A stretch of DNA of 64,000 nucleotides from Gammaproteobacteria bacterium (GTDB lineage Bacteria > Pseudomonadota > Gammaproteobacteria > UBA4575). The DNA lies in the NCBI GenBank assembly GCA_965222615.1, contig CBDCUI010000008.1, forward strand, positions 736,001 to 800,000, written 5' to 3'. Within the stretch, counting starts at the first letter, position 1. Each line of letters begins with the position of its first letter. A program made the position numbers and the translations under genes. Below, piece by piece: positions 40,405-51,634 of the stretch. Below the pieces are notes generated by a model that was not told where the DNA came from, ran no database searches, and saw nothing but the letters and a program-made list of their open reading frames with translations.

Positions 40405-42861
40405 ATGCCACGCCCATATCACCCAGAGGAAATTGAGTCTGCTGTTCAGCAATATTGGGAACAACATGAGGCTTTTAAGGCTAAGGAAGCCGAGCAATTA
40501 GAAAAATTCTATTGCTTATCGATGTTTCCTTATCCTAGTGGGCGTTTGCACATGGGGCATGTTCGCAATTACACCATCGGGGATGTAATTAGTCGCTATC
40601 AACGCATGTTAGGGAAAAATGTGCTGCAACCAATGGGTTGGGACGCATTTGGATTGCCAGCAGAAAATGCTGCAATAAAGAACAAAGTGCCACCCGCGAA
40701 ATGGACCTATGAAAATATCGATTATATGCGCAGCCAGCTTAAGCGACTGGGTTTTGCTTATGATTGGAGCCGTGAGATTGCAACCTGCCATCCAAAATAC
40801 TATCACTGGGAACAGTGGTTTTTCACTAAACTTTTAGAAAAAAATTTAGTGTATAAAAAGAAAGCAGTGGTGAATTGGGACCCTGTCGATAAAACCGTAC
40901 TCGCCAATGAGCAAGTTATCGATGGTCGTGGTTGGAGATCTAATGCGTTGGTGGAACGTAAAGAAATAGACCAATGGTTCTTAAAAATAACCGCCTATGC
41001 GGAGGAGTTATTGAAAGATTTAGAACAACTAAAAGGATGGCCAGATCAAGTTAAGACGATGCAAACAAATTGGATTGGTCGTTCTGAAGGTGTCGAAATA
41101 ATTTTCAATGTAGAAAACCAAGCTCCTTTACGTGTTTATACGACACGTCCTGATACTTTAATGGGTGTAACTTATCTTGCAATTGCACCCGAACATGTTT
41201 TAGCGACACAAGCCGCAGAGACCTCGGCAGAAATTGCAGAGTTTTTACATGAATGTAAGCAAACAAAGGTTTCAGAATCTGAAATGAATACCTTAGAAAA
41301 ACGAGGTATTGCTACCGGTCTTAATGCTATCCATCCAATCAGCAGCGAACAAATACCGATTTGGATCGCTAACTTTGTATTAATAGAATATGGGTCGGGT
41401 GCAGTAATGTCTGTACCTGCGCATGACCAACGCGACTGGGAATTTGCCAATAAATTTAATCTCCCAATCAAGCCAGTGGTTTTCCCAAATAAAGATAATA
41501 CTGAAATTGATATTGCAAGTGGTGCATTTATAGAAAAAGGTTGGTTACATGATTCTCAGAAATTTGATGGCTTAAGTTCTGAAAAAGCCTTTGATGAAAT
41601 TGCGGCTGAACTGGAAAATAATGACAAAGGTCAACGTCAAGTAAATTATCGCTTGCGAGATTGGGGGATTTCTCGGCAACGTTACTGGGGTTGTCCGATA
41701 CCTGTGATTAATTGTGCGAAGTGTGGTGTGGTAGCGGTACCTGAGCAAGATTTACCAGTACGACTACCTGAGGATATTGATTTCGACGGAGCTACATCGC
41801 CACTAAAATCATTGCCAGAATTCCTAAATGTAGAATGTCCACAATGTCATGAGCCTGCACAAAGAGAGACCGACACATTCGATACTTTCTTTGAATCGAG
41901 TTGGTATTTTGCGCGTTATTGTAGTGCAGATAATGACACGGCTATGTTAGATGAACGTGCAAAATATTGGATGCCCGTAGATCAGTACATCGGTGGTATT
42001 GAACATGCTGTCTTGCATCTTTTATATGCGAGATTTTTTAGTAAGTTGATGCGTGATCAAAGTTTATATGATTTTGACGAACCTTTTACTAATCTATTAA
42101 CACAAGGCATGGTGTTAAAAGAAGGAGTAAAAATGTCGAAGAATAAAGGCAACGTAGTTGAGCCGCAAGAATTGATCGATAGATATGGTGCCGATACTGT
42201 TAGGTTATTTGTGATGTTTGCAGCACCGCCAGATCATAGTTTGGAATGGTCAGATACAGCGGTAGAAGGTTCGTATCGATTTATAAATAAACTTTGGCGT
42301 TTGGTAGAAACACATATAGAAAACACATCAACAATTCCTGCCCTGGATACAAGTGTTTTAAATGAACAACAACAAAACTTACGTCGTAAGGTACATGAAA
42401 CCATTCAAAAAGTCACGGACGATATCGGTCGGCGCTATACATTTAATACTGCCATTGCTGCAAACATGGAATTAGTAAATGAGCTAAGCAGTTTTAGTGA
42501 TGCCTCTCCGCAGACGAATGCCATATATCAAGAGGCCTTAGAGTCGATTGTGCTTATGTTGTCTCCTATTTTGCCACATGTATGTCATGTACTTTGGCAA
42601 AATCTTGGTAATGCAACGCCAGTGTATCAACAGCAATGGCCTAGTGTAGATGTAAATGCTTTGAAAAGTGATACTATTGAACTTGTGGTTCAAGTAAATG
42701 GTAAAAAGCGCGCTACAATTAGCGTTTCTAATAATGCTGAAAATAAAGAAATAGAAGATACAGCACAGAATAATGAAAATGTAAAACGTTTTATTGAAAA
42801 AATGAAAGTTGTAAAAATAATTATTGTGCCAAAACGCTTAGTAAATATAGTAGTAAAATAG
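40405..42861 (+). CDS. leuS: Leucine--tRNA ligase
   Basis: MFPYPSG, HMGH, editing domain TTRPDT, SRQRYWG, KMSKN variant of KMSKS. Confidence 0.99.
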   Translation: MPRPYHPEEIESAVQQYWEQHEAFKAKEAEQLEKFYCLSMFPYPSGRLHMGHVRNYTIGDVISRYQRMLGKNVLQPMGWDAFGLPAENAAIKNKVPPAKWTYENIDYMRSQLKRLGFAYDWSREIATCHPKYYHWEQWFFTKLLEKNLVYKKKAVVNWDPVDKTVLANEQVIDGRGWRSNALVERKEIDQWFLKITAYAEELLKDLEQLKGWPDQVKTMQTNWIGRSEGVEIIFNVENQAPLRVYTTRPDTLMGVTYLAIAPEHVLATQAAETSAEIAEFLHECKQTKVSESEMNTLEKRGIATGLNAIHPISSEQIPIWIANFVLIEYGSGAVMSVPAHDQRDWEFANKFNLPIKPVVFPNKDNTEIDIASGAFIEKGWLHDSQKFDGLSSEKAFDEIAAELENNDKGQRQVNYRLRDWGISRQRYWGCPIPVINCAKCGVVAVPEQDLPVRLPEDIDFDGATSPLKSLPEFLNVECPQCHEPAQRETDTFDTFFESSWYFARYCSADNDTAMLDERAKYWMPVDQYIGGIEHAVLHLLYARFFSKLMRDQSLYDFDEPFTNLLTQGMVLKEGVKMSKNKGNVVEPQELIDRYGADTVRLFVMFAAPPDHSLEWSDTAVEGSYRFINKLWRLVETHIENTSTIPALDTSVLNEQQQNLRRKVHETIQKVTDDIGRRYTFNTAIAANMELVNELSSFSDASPQTNAIYQEALESIVLMLSPILPHVCHVLWQNLGNATPVYQQQWPSVDVNALKSDTIELVVQVNGKKRATISVSNNAENKEIEDTAQNNENVKRFIEKMKVVKIIIVPKRLVNIVVK

Positions 42862-42870
42862 AATATTTGT

Positions 42871-43368
42871 ATGAAAAATTTTACTAAAAATATAATTTTT
42901 ATTTTTGTATTGCTGCAAATACTAAATGGATGTGGCTTTCATTTAGCAGGCACGGGCGAATTTTCCGATAGTTTGCAAAACACTTCAGTGCATAGTATTA
43001 CGGCAAGCCGTGAGCTAATCAGCTTGGTTGAAAGAAATTTAATATATAATCAAATAAATGTTGTAGATACAGAGCAAGCAACGGCATTACTCAACATACT
43101 GGAAGAACAAACGGAAAAAGTGATACTTACGGTAGATAATGATGGTAAAGCACGTGAATATGAACTTATTTTAAGAGTAAATTTTGATGTAAAAGGAATC
43201 GACGATAATTATTTACTCAGTGAGCAAAATATATCTTTGAGTAGAGATTTCGTTTTTGATAAAAGTGACTTGCTAGGTGCAAATGAAGAAGAGCAGAAGT
43301 TATTTAATGAAATGAGAAATGATGTGGCAAAACTAATTGTACATCGATTACAAGCAATTAATAATTAA
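42871..43368 (+). CDS. lptE: LPS assembly lipoprotein LptE
   Basis: Lipobox LNGC followed by GFHL; REYEL; directly after leuS. Confidence 0.9.
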   Translation: MKNFTKNIIFIFVLLQILNGCGFHLAGTGEFSDSLQNTSVHSITASRELISLVERNLIYNQINVVDTEQATALLNILEEQTEKVILTVDNDGKAREYELILRVNFDVKGIDDNYLLSEQNISLSRDFVFDKSDLLGANEEEQKLFNEMRNDVAKLIVHRLQAINN

Positions 43369-43455
43369 GCGTTGGAAAATTAACTATACAATATCAATCA
43401 ATGTTGATTGATTTCCGTCCAGTTCAAATACACTGGATCATTTTTAAGCTCGACA

Positions 43456-44334
43456 CTAGTTATTATCTTTAAAGATAATTTTTGCAATAGCTGCAGAGTC
43501 AAGACCTCCATCTCCACATTCAACAAGCTCGCGTAAATATCCTGCAACGAGTTCAGCCCCAGGAATAGAGATATGGTTGTGTTTTGCACTGTCTAATGCA
43601 ATGCCCATGTCTTTATTGTGTAGCTTGGCCTTAAATCCAGGTGCATAAGAATTATCAAGCATGCGCTTGCCGTGGACTTCTAAAATCTTGCTATAGGCGA
43701 ATCCACCTAGTAAGGCCTCTCGTACTTTATTAGGGTCGACACCAGAAGATTTAGCCAGCAAAAAGGCCTCTGCTACTGCTGACATGGTTTGGGCAACTAA
43801 TATTTGATTACATGCTTTAGCAACTTGTCCTGCTCCATGATCGCCAACATAGATAATATTTTGGCCTAAGCATTTTAGTATAGGGAGTGCTTGTTTGAAT
43901 ATGTTGGAATCACCGCCTACCATAATTGATAAGGTGCCAGCTATTGCACCTTGCTCACCTCCAGAGACCGGAGCATCTAACATGGCAATATTTTTGCTAC
44001 TTAATTGATTAGCGATCAGTTTAGTCACTTCTGGTGATATGGTGCTCATATCTATTAATAAATGACCAGCAGATGCACCATGAATAATTCCCTCAGCACC
44101 TGTTACTATAGCTTTTACATCAGGACTATCTGAAACGATTGTAATTGTAGTGGAACATTTTTTTGCTAACTCAGCAGGGGAGTTGAATACTTTAATGTCG
44201 CCAGTAGTAAAGATATCCAATGCCTTTGGATTGCGTGCGTACAAACCTAATTTGTAGTTTGCCTTTAACAAATTCATTGCCATGGGGGTGCCCATGATGC
44301 CAAGGCCGATTACACCAATTCTTTGTTGATTCAT
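43456..44334 (-). CDS. 2-hydroxy-3-oxopropionate reductase / beta-hydroxyacid dehydrogenase (GarR/GlxR family)
   Basis: IGLGIMGTPMA, DMSTI, LDAPVSGGE, KACNQI, ALLGGFA. Confidence 0.9.
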   Translation of the reverse strand: MNQQRIGVIGLGIMGTPMAMNLLKANYKLGLYARNPKALDIFTTGDIKVFNSPAELAKKCSTTITIVSDSPDVKAIVTGAEGIIHGASAGHLLIDMSTISPEVTKLIANQLSSKNIAMLDAPVSGGEQGAIAGTLSIMVGGDSNIFKQALPILKCLGQNIIYVGDHGAGQVAKACNQILVAQTMSAVAEAFLLAKSSGVDPNKVREALLGGFAYSKILEVHGKRMLDNSYAPGFKAKLHNKDMGIALDSAKHNHISIPGAELVAGYLRELVECGDGGLDSAAIAKIIFKDNN

Positions 44335-44399
44335 TTCAATACTACTAGATTAATTTGCTAAGCAAAGCTTAGCATGAAGGTTTCGAACAATAATAGTAT

Positions 44400-47222
44400 T
44401 TAATGTGTTGAGCCAGATGCTTTACTCTGGCCATCGCGTATATTACTAATAACAGAGCTAAGAGCTAAGTCAAAACGGTTGCCTTCATTTATTAGGCGGG
44501 TACGGCCAGAATTTAAATCATCCATAAATGTTTTAATATCTATTTCAAAAGTGTAATCACCGCTTCGATCAGTGAATACTAAACACTCAGAATCATCTAG
44601 AGTGTTGGAAAATTTAAGCCTACGTTTTGCCTTATCGATGCCTTGATAAATCTCCAACCATACTCCTGGAATAATGTCATCAGGTAAGTCAGCTAAGGTA
44701 ACTGGATTTTCAACTTCATTTGTCTCCTCTTCTGCAAATGTTACTTGCTGTTTTTCGTTGTCCGAGTCGAAATCAGATATTTCGTTGTTATCGGTTGTAT
44801 CAGGTTTAATAGCACTGAGATGAGGATTTTCGCTAGATACAACTTCTACATGTGAAGAAGTGTTCATCGATTCACTAATAACTTTGTCTGTTTCAGCATA
44901 GTCAGTAATACTGTCTTCATCGCTAGTTATATCTAGTTCTTTTTCAGTATTTGTATCAGCTCCAGTCTCCACTTCTATCTTTACGTCTTTTTCATCTGAT
45001 TGAATATCTTGGAAGACCTCTACGATCTCAATTTCATCCAGATCATCATTTTCATTAATAGTTTCACAGCTTTCATCTTCAATTACTGGCTCTGCTTCAA
45101 AATCAAAGTCTGGTTTTTGCTGTATCAATGTTTCAGGCACTTCGGCTGTTTCTTCTGGCGGAGCAATATTTTTAAATAGTTGGATAACATTGCTAGTGTC
45201 TTCAGGTTCAGTAGAAGTTTGTTCATTTAGTTTTTCAAGCTCGTTAGCTTCTTGCTGAATTTTGTGCAAATAGGTTAAATACCAAACTTCGGCGGCTTCT
45301 GTGATTTCTTCAAATTCTTGTTTTTTTGCAGATAGGTATTTGAGTTCTTCCCGCACGCAGGTAAAAAACTCATCGGGATTTTTAATATATTGTTGAACAT
45401 CATACAAAGAGTGTATGCCTTGAGATATCTCAATAATTCTGCGTAGGGTGCGCACAGACTTGCGCCAAATTTTGGATTTTTTGCCATGTTTTGTAAAAAC
45501 TATCCCCATATGTGGTGCCCAACACTTTACTAGAAATTCAAGTATTTCATTAGGTAGTTCTCTGTTATTAATATAGGTTTTGATAGTACTGATAACGACT
45601 CGTTTTGCAGCAGAGCGTTTTGCTTTTAATTTTTCTTGCTGCTTTTTTCTTTCTTCTTTTTGCTGTAGTTTTTGTAAATTATCAGGATCTAGCTTTTTTA
45701 ACTCTACTAGTGCATGACCGAATACATTTATGTCAGTTTCAAAGTTGTTGATAATAAGATCAACAACAGATTTAAGTTTGTTGAAAATTAATTCGTTTTT
45801 GCTATCAACACTAACACCAATAGAAGTTAACTTGTTTAGCAAGTGTCTTGCAGGATGGTTAGAATTTTGAAAAAAAGTGAAATCAACCAATGCTAGTTTT
45901 ATTACAGATATTTGTAATTTTGCTAATAAAGCTTTAATTTGGTCAGGTAATTCCTCGTCGTCTAAAATAACTTGGAATATTTTACTTACAAAATCGATTA
46001 CTTTTTCTTCATTTGCAACAATTTCAGTCGCATCCAACGCACCTCTCTCATGTAAAGTTCGCTGCACAGCGGTTTTTATTTGGCTCGCTTTGAATACTGC
46101 ATCACTTGCAGCTTCTATACGTTGTACAGTGGAAAGTGCACGTATAAATTGTCGTCGCTGTGCAGGAGAAGAATCTGAGTTAGATCCTGGGTCATAAGGT
46201 TGTAGGATGAGGCCAATGATATTTGGGTCTAATCCTGAATGTCCTGGCCCGTAAATATCCATTGCAATCGATTCAAACTCTCTAGAAATTTCTGCACTTC
46301 GTTCATGATTTAATTCTTCTTCAAAATGCTCAGCAAGATCTGATTGAGCATGACTATGTGAATCGGTAGATTCTGCGTTATCGAACTCTTGTTCTACTGG
46401 AGCAAAAAATTGACCTGTTGAAAGGTGCATTTTGTTTACGTCTATAGGAATGTCAGAATTATCTTTATCAAGTTCAGCCGAGGCATTAACTTTTTTCACA
46501 CTTTGGATAGACGTGGGTGTTGATAAAATATCCACGTCGATTAAGAAATTATTTACAGATGTATAAAATTCACTAAGCTTGGGAGAAATTTGTTGATATA
46601 GAAGTTTGCATAAAAGTATTTTACCATCAGCTGAGAGTTTAAGAGGTGCAATAGCATTTTGGAATGATGAATAAAATTCTTGTGGATGTAAACTATAGAT
46701 GTTGAATTTTTGGTGGGTAAAAAGAGATAATTCTTGTAAGCGTAATTCTAGTACTTCCAGTGATTTTTTATGACGTTCTACGGTACGATAGATAAGGTTA
46801 TCTACTGCTAAAGTCAATTCAATCAAACCGGTGTCAATAGCACGAATCTGGCTCTTATCATGAGTTTTTGCCTGTATGATAAGTGAAGCAGAAGTGTAAA
46901 ATTTTGATTCGATTTCTACATAAAGCTCTGAAGATACAACATGTTGTCTTGTAAGAAATAAATCTAAAGCTTCGTCACGTGCTTTACCATTAATATCAGT
47001 TATTTGCACTCTAAAGCCTGTATCCTTAGCGAGAGAAAAACATTCCGTTAAACAAGTGCGTAAAAATTGAGTGAGATAATTATGGATTTGTTCGACTACT
47101 TTGTCATAGTCGATTGTGCCAGATTCATCGTAAAGATCTTGGTTGTGTAATTCGATCATTCTAATAGGAGTTGAAATCAAGTTTTTGTATATTCTCTCGA
47201 TAGTTAGTGTAGGGTATTCCAT
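44400..47222 (-). CDS. DUF1631-like protein with long acidic insertion
   Basis: LAKLQISVIKLALVDFTFF...HPARHLLNKL and C-terminal PGVWLE...RLK...FDLAL patterns recalled as DUF1631-like; D/E-rich low-complexity region. Confidence 0.65.
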   Translation of the reverse strand: MEYPTLTIERIYKNLISTPIRMIELHNQDLYDESGTIDYDKVVEQIHNYLTQFLRTCLTECFSLAKDTGFRVQITDINGKARDEALDLFLTRQHVVSSELYVEIESKFYTSASLIIQAKTHDKSQIRAIDTGLIELTLAVDNLIYRTVERHKKSLEVLELRLQELSLFTHQKFNIYSLHPQEFYSSFQNAIAPLKLSADGKILLCKLLYQQISPKLSEFYTSVNNFLIDVDILSTPTSIQSVKKVNASAELDKDNSDIPIDVNKMHLSTGQFFAPVEQEFDNAESTDSHSHAQSDLAEHFEEELNHERSAEISREFESIAMDIYGPGHSGLDPNIIGLILQPYDPGSNSDSSPAQRRQFIRALSTVQRIEAASDAVFKASQIKTAVQRTLHERGALDATEIVANEEKVIDFVSKIFQVILDDEELPDQIKALLAKLQISVIKLALVDFTFFQNSNHPARHLLNKLTSIGVSVDSKNELIFNKLKSVVDLIINNFETDINVFGHALVELKKLDPDNLQKLQQKEERKKQQEKLKAKRSAAKRVVISTIKTYINNRELPNEILEFLVKCWAPHMGIVFTKHGKKSKIWRKSVRTLRRIIEISQGIHSLYDVQQYIKNPDEFFTCVREELKYLSAKKQEFEEITEAAEVWYLTYLHKIQQEANELEKLNEQTSTEPEDTSNVIQLFKNIAPPEETAEVPETLIQQKPDFDFEAEPVIEDESCETINENDDLDEIEIVEVFQDIQSDEKDVKIEVETGADTNTEKELDITSDEDSITDYAETDKVISESMNTSSHVEVVSSENPHLSAIKPDTTDNNEISDFDSDNEKQQVTFAEEETNEVENPVTLADLPDDIIPGVWLEIYQGIDKAKRRLKFSNTLDDSECLVFTDRSGDYTFEIDIKTFMDDLNSGRTRLINEGNRFDLALSSVISNIRDGQSKASGSTH

Positions 47223-47339
47223 AAAAACATTACGTAATAATGTGATCGCTTAATCTTAGACATTGTGCCGTCTATCGGCTTTCATGTACCCTGTATAATT
47301 AATTAGTGTTGTTAATAAGTCTTCGATACCAGGATTTAT

Positions 47340-48344
47340 ATGCAAATTCGATTTGCTCAATTTCACCAAAGCCTAAATAAATCTGCTATTCCAGTACTGC
47401 TTATTAGTGGAGATGAGCCCTATCAAAATATGCTTGCTGCAGATAAATACCGCAGTTACGTTCAAGACTTAGGGTATTCTGAGCGTAAGGTTCTAGTGGT
47501 CGAATCTGGATTTGATTGGTCGGAACTCGAGTTGGCTAAAAACAATAGGTCACTTTTTGATGATCGCACTTTAATTGATTTACGGATTTTGTCTGGTAAA
47601 CCAGGTGTAAGTGGTTCTAAAGCTATTGTGAAATTCATCAACGATCTTCACCAAGACGTGAATCTATTGATCCAAGCTCCACGGTTAGATCGTAATACGA
47701 TGAACTCAGCTTGGGTCAAGGCAGTCGATAAGGCGGGAATTATACTTCGTACTTGGCCATTAAACGAAATAGAAACCAAAAACTGGATAAAAGAAAAATT
47801 AGAAGCAAAAGGATTTTCTGTCACAAATGATGTTGTTGCTTTTATTGTCCAGCATGTTGAAGGAAATTTACTGGCTGCTATGCAAGAGATCGACAAGATC
47901 GCATTAATTTGTGAGACAAAGAGATTAGATATCCAAGTGATTAATTCTGCGTTGACTAACAGTAGCCATTATTCATTAAATGAATTAATGGATGCTCTAT
48001 CAAGAAAAGATTTATCACGCTTAGTTCGTATTCTAAAAGGACTTGAAAAAGAAGATATCGCACCACCACTATTGCTATGGGGACTTACCGAGCAAATTAG
48101 AAAAATTGTTGATGTCAGTGATTTATCGCGACAGTATCAAAGTGTAGACCACTACAGAGCATTGATTCAGTTAAGTAATACCCATCAGCAACTTATCGGC
48201 ATTCGTAGTGGAGCAAATACAAGCAAATCTTCAGACTTGTTAAAACAATGTGCTTGGGTAGATCGCGTAATCAAAGGTCGGGCCAACGGAAATCCTTGGC
48301 ATGAACTGCTACAATTAAGTATAGCAGCTCAAATAACAGCTTAA
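47340..48344 (+). CDS. holA: DNA polymerase III subunit delta
   Basis: LISGDEP, SLF, VEGNLLAAMQEIDKI, DRVIKG...PW; position after leuS-lptE. Confidence 0.9.
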   Translation: MQIRFAQFHQSLNKSAIPVLLISGDEPYQNMLAADKYRSYVQDLGYSERKVLVVESGFDWSELELAKNNRSLFDDRTLIDLRILSGKPGVSGSKAIVKFINDLHQDVNLLIQAPRLDRNTMNSAWVKAVDKAGIILRTWPLNEIETKNWIKEKLEAKGFSVTNDVVAFIVQHVEGNLLAAMQEIDKIALICETKRLDIQVINSALTNSSHYSLNELMDALSRKDLSRLVRILKGLEKEDIAPPLLLWGLTEQIRKIVDVSDLSRQYQSVDHYRALIQLSNTHQQLIGIRSGANTSKSSDLLKQCAWVDRVIKGRANGNPWHELLQLSIAAQITA

Positions 48345-48431
48345 TAACAAGTTTTTTGACCGTAGTCTTAATATAATATTATAAAAATATTTCTCAGTTT
48401 GATTTTTATCTAAACTATTGAATGGGTTTTT

Positions 48432-49715
48432 ATGAGTGTCGTGGCAGAAGATCAAATAAACTCTATTGAAAATTACATTGCTGATGTTACACGAAGAGCT
48501 TCGGTAGCAAGTCGTGAAATCGCTTCTGCCAGTACTGAAATTAAAAACAACGCTCTTAAATATACTGCGGAACGGATCCTGGAATCAAAGAAATTTCTTA
48601 AACAAGAAAACGCAGTTGATTTGGTTAATGGCAAAGAACATGGACTTGATGCTGCACTTTTAGATCGTCTTGAATTGAATGATGTTCGCATACAGTCCAT
48701 GGTGGATGGGTTGCATCAAGTTGTGGCATTGCCAGATTCAGTAGGTGAAGTTTCGAACATGGAAGTGCGTCCTAGCGGTATTAAAGTTGGAAAAATGAGA
48801 ATACCGATTGGTGTAATTCTGATTATTTACGAATCTAGACCGAATGTAACTGCTGATGCAGCGGCTTTATGCATTAAATCAGGAAATGCAACTATTTTGC
48901 GTGGTGGATCAGAAGCACTACATTCCAATCGAGCAATTTCCAAGTGTATTCATTCGGGTTTGGAAAGAGCAGGATTGTCTAAAGACGTTGTTCAAGTGAT
49001 CAATACAACGGATCGTGATGCGGTGAGAGCACTATTACAAGCAGATGATTTTATTGATATTGTGATACCTCGAGGCGGCAAAGGATTGATAGAAAGGATT
49101 ACGAAAGAATCACATATTCCATTAATTAAGCATTTAGATGGTGTGTGTCATGTGTATATACATGAAGATGCTGATGTAACAAAGGCAATCAATATAGCAA
49201 TTAATGCAAAAGCACAACGATTTGGTGTTTGTAATGCTATGGAAACATTGCTTGTTGATCGATCTATTGCAGACAAAGTACTTCCTGATATAAAGCAACA
49301 ACTAGATGTAAAAAAAGTTGAGATAAGAGGATGTGAAGAAACTCAGAAAATTCTACAAGGAATATCTCAGGCAACTGAAGAAGATTGGTATACAGAATAT
49401 CTTGGGCCAATTTTATCCGTACGCGTCGTAAATGATCACATACAAGCAATGGATCATATTCAAAAATATGGATCACATCATACTGATGCCATAGTTACTG
49501 ATAATGAAAAAGTTGCCAAACAGTTTATGCGTGAAGTCGATTCTAGTTCAGTGATGGTAAATGCTTCGACGCGGTTTGCAGATGGGTTTGAATATGGGTT
49601 GGGTGCTGAAATTGGAATAAGCACGGATAAACTACATGCACGTGGCCCTGTGGGTCTTGAAGGCCTTACTACACAAAAGTATATTGTACTGGGCGATGGG
49701 AATATTCGTGAGTAA
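48432..49715 (+). CDS. proA: Gamma-glutamyl phosphate reductase
   Basis: [41 protein letters not shown]. Confidence 0.98.
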   Translation: MSVVAEDQINSIENYIADVTRRASVASREIASASTEIKNNALKYTAERILESKKFLKQENAVDLVNGKEHGLDAALLDRLELNDVRIQSMVDGLHQVVALPDSVGEVSNMEVRPSGIKVGKMRIPIGVILIIYESRPNVTADAAALCIKSGNATILRGGSEALHSNRAISKCIHSGLERAGLSKDVVQVINTTDRDAVRALLQADDFIDIVIPRGGKGLIERITKESHIPLIKHLDGVCHVYIHEDADVTKAINIAINAKAQRFGVCNAMETLLVDRSIADKVLPDIKQQLDVKKVEIRGCEETQKILQGISQATEEDWYTEYLGPILSVRVVNDHIQAMDHIQKYGSHHTDAIVTDNEKVAKQFMREVDSSSVMVNASTRFADGFEYGLGAEIGISTDKLHARGPVGLEGLTTQKYIVLGDGNIRE

Positions 49716-49720
49716 ATGGT

Positions 49721-49898
49721 GAAAGCCTTGATTAATTCGGATAGGTCGTAAAAAAATATATCAAAATGTTCATCCAGCTACTAAGTAATCGATTATATTT
49801 GCGAATACAAATGAACAAATTTAATTTAGTAACGGACTCCGCTTTTTTTGACATTATTGTTTCGTCTCAGCCGTCAGTGCTAATAAATTAGAGCTTCC
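49721..49898 (+). mobile_element. MITE-like element, copy 2 (39-bp core in orientation A)
   Basis: GAAAGCCTTGATTAATT ... AATAAATTAGAGCTTCC ends; internal ACTCCGCTTTT...GTCTCAGCCGTC shared with other copies; no clean target duplication. Confidence 0.72.
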
Positions 49899-49985
49899 CT
49901 TAGCTAAATGATAAAACTTTAGTCAGAGGTCTATTAGGATGAGTGAGTGATAAGAATATTTGACTCGAGTTTTTAGGAAAAGATT

Positions 49986-50615
49986 GTGATAGGAATATTT
50001 GGTGGAAGTTTTGATCCAATACATTTTGGTCATATCAAATCAGTGTTGGCATTGTTAGCACGGTTTGATTTCAAGCAAATACGTTTAATTCCGTGTCAAC
50101 AGTCACCACTGAAAGATATTCCGCAAGCAAGTGCAGAACAAAGATGGGAAATGCTGAATTTAATAACTGATTCGCATGAAAGGCTTTTAGCAGATAATCG
50201 GGAATTAAAACGAAAAGGTCCTTCATATACAATAGACACATTAAAAGAATTAAAAGAAGAAACTAATTCTCAAGAGCCACTGGTGTTAATTATTGGTATT
50301 GATGCATTCTTAGAGTTTTGTAAATGGCATCAGTACAAAGAGATTTTATCGTTGAGCCATATAGTATTGTTGCAACGTCCCGGATATACACTTCCTAAGT
50401 ATGGTTGTGAAAAGGATATATTTGATGCATCTGTGACAGAAGACATTAAAGATATTATGGAAACTTTAAATGGTAAAATTTATTTGAGTGATGAAGAAAA
50501 AATTGAGATATCATCAACTGATATACGAAAATGTATATCAGAGGGTAGGCAGCCTAGGTACTTACTACCAGGGAATATTTGGAATTATATTCGCGGGAAT
50601 AATTTGTATAAATAA
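49986..50615 (+). CDS. nadD: Nicotinate-nucleotide adenylyltransferase
   Basis: GGSFDPIHFGH, SYTIDTL, IGID, ISSTDIR. Confidence 0.96.
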   Translation: MIGIFGGSFDPIHFGHIKSVLALLARFDFKQIRLIPCQQSPLKDIPQASAEQRWEMLNLITDSHERLLADNRELKRKGPSYTIDTLKELKEETNSQEPLVLIIGIDAFLEFCKWHQYKEILSLSHIVLLQRPGYTLPKYGCEKDIFDASVTEDIKDIMETLNGKIYLSDEEKIEISSTDIRKCISEGRQPRYLLPGNIWNYIRGNNLYK

Positions 50616-50625
50616 AATATAACTA

Positions 50626-50964
50626 ATGGAAAATAATAAGACTATTCAAACTTCAATAAATGCATTAGAGGAATTAAAAGGTAGAGATATTGTTTTAATT
50701 GACACAAAGAATAAATCCGATGTCTTTGATGCAATGATCATTGCCACTGGTACTTCAGACCGTCATGTAAAATCACTGGCTGATAGAATAGTGCTAGATG
50801 CCAAGCAAAATGGCTTGGATGTATTAGGAGTAGAACAAGATAGAGCTTGGGTTTTAATCGATCTTTATGACGTAATTGTACATGTCATGTTAGAGGAAGC
50901 ACGTAACTTTTATAGCTTAGAAAAACTTTGGCAAGTTAGTAGTCAACGCAAGCAAGTACAATAG
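50626..50964 (+). CDS. rsfS: Ribosome silencing factor
   Basis: LEELKG, IATGTSDRHV, WVLID, FYSLEKLW. Confidence 0.95.
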   Translation: MENNKTIQTSINALEELKGRDIVLIDTKNKSDVFDAMIIATGTSDRHVKSLADRIVLDAKQNGLDVLGVEQDRAWVLIDLYDVIVHVMLEEARNFYSLEKLWQVSSQRKQVQ

Positions 50965-50988
50965 GCATACATGCTATTAGGTGTTAAA

Positions 50989-51147
50989 GGGAGTTTTGAT
51001 TTATTAACGAGATGACTGAGATGAGGCAAAATAATCTCGGAAAAACGGAGTGTATACTTGCTTTATTTTCTTGGTGTACATGAGTATTTTGAGAAATCAT
51101 TTCTAATTCATCTTTTTTTGGGCACATCAGAATAAATCAGAGTTTCC
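50989..51147 (-). mobile_element. MITE-like element, copy 3 (complete; opposite orientation; TAAA flanks)
   Basis: GGGAGTTTTGATTTATT ... AATAAATCAGAGTTTCC ends; TAAA at 50985-50988 and 51148-51151; reverse complement aligns with copy 1 (CTCATGTA, CACTCC, CCTCATCTYAGTCAT). Confidence 0.8.
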
Positions 51148-51158
51148 TAAAGGTTATA

Positions 51159-51629
51159 GTGCAAATATATATCATAGCAGTTGGGGGAAAATCGCCATCT
51201 TGGATTGATACTGGAATGAACCAGTATCTCACGCGGATGCCTAAAGAATGTAAGATAAATGTTGTCACTATAGCAGCTGCTAAGCGTTCTAAAAATCAAA
51301 CTATCGAACAAGCAAAAATACAAGAGCAAGAATTATTAGTTAAACATACTCCTAAAAATAGTTTGTGCATTGCGCTTGATGAATGTGGGCAATCATGGAC
51401 AACTCGAAATCTTGCTACAAGGCTTGCCCAGTGGATGCAGTCTGTATCAGCTGTTACTCTATACATTGGTGGACCTGATGGCTTAACAAAAGAATTTTTA
51501 GCGCAAGTAGACTTTGTCTGGTCATTATCATCACTAACATTACCACATATGCTAGTTAGAATTTTATTAGCTGAACAACTTTATCGGGCTTGGACTATTA
51601 TTCAAGGGCATCCTTATCATAGAGAATAG
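51159..51629 (+). CDS. rlmH: 23S rRNA (pseudouridine-1915-N3)-methyltransferase
   Basis: IAVG, ALDECG, IGGPDG, SLSSLTLPH, EQLYRA, HPYHRE. Confidence 0.97.
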   Translation: MQIYIIAVGGKSPSWIDTGMNQYLTRMPKECKINVVTIAAAKRSKNQTIEQAKIQEQELLVKHTPKNSLCIALDECGQSWTTRNLATRLAQWMQSVSAVTLYIGGPDGLTKEFLAQVDFVWSLSSLTLPHMLVRILLAEQLYRAWTIIQGHPYHRE

Positions 51630-51634
51630 GCTAA

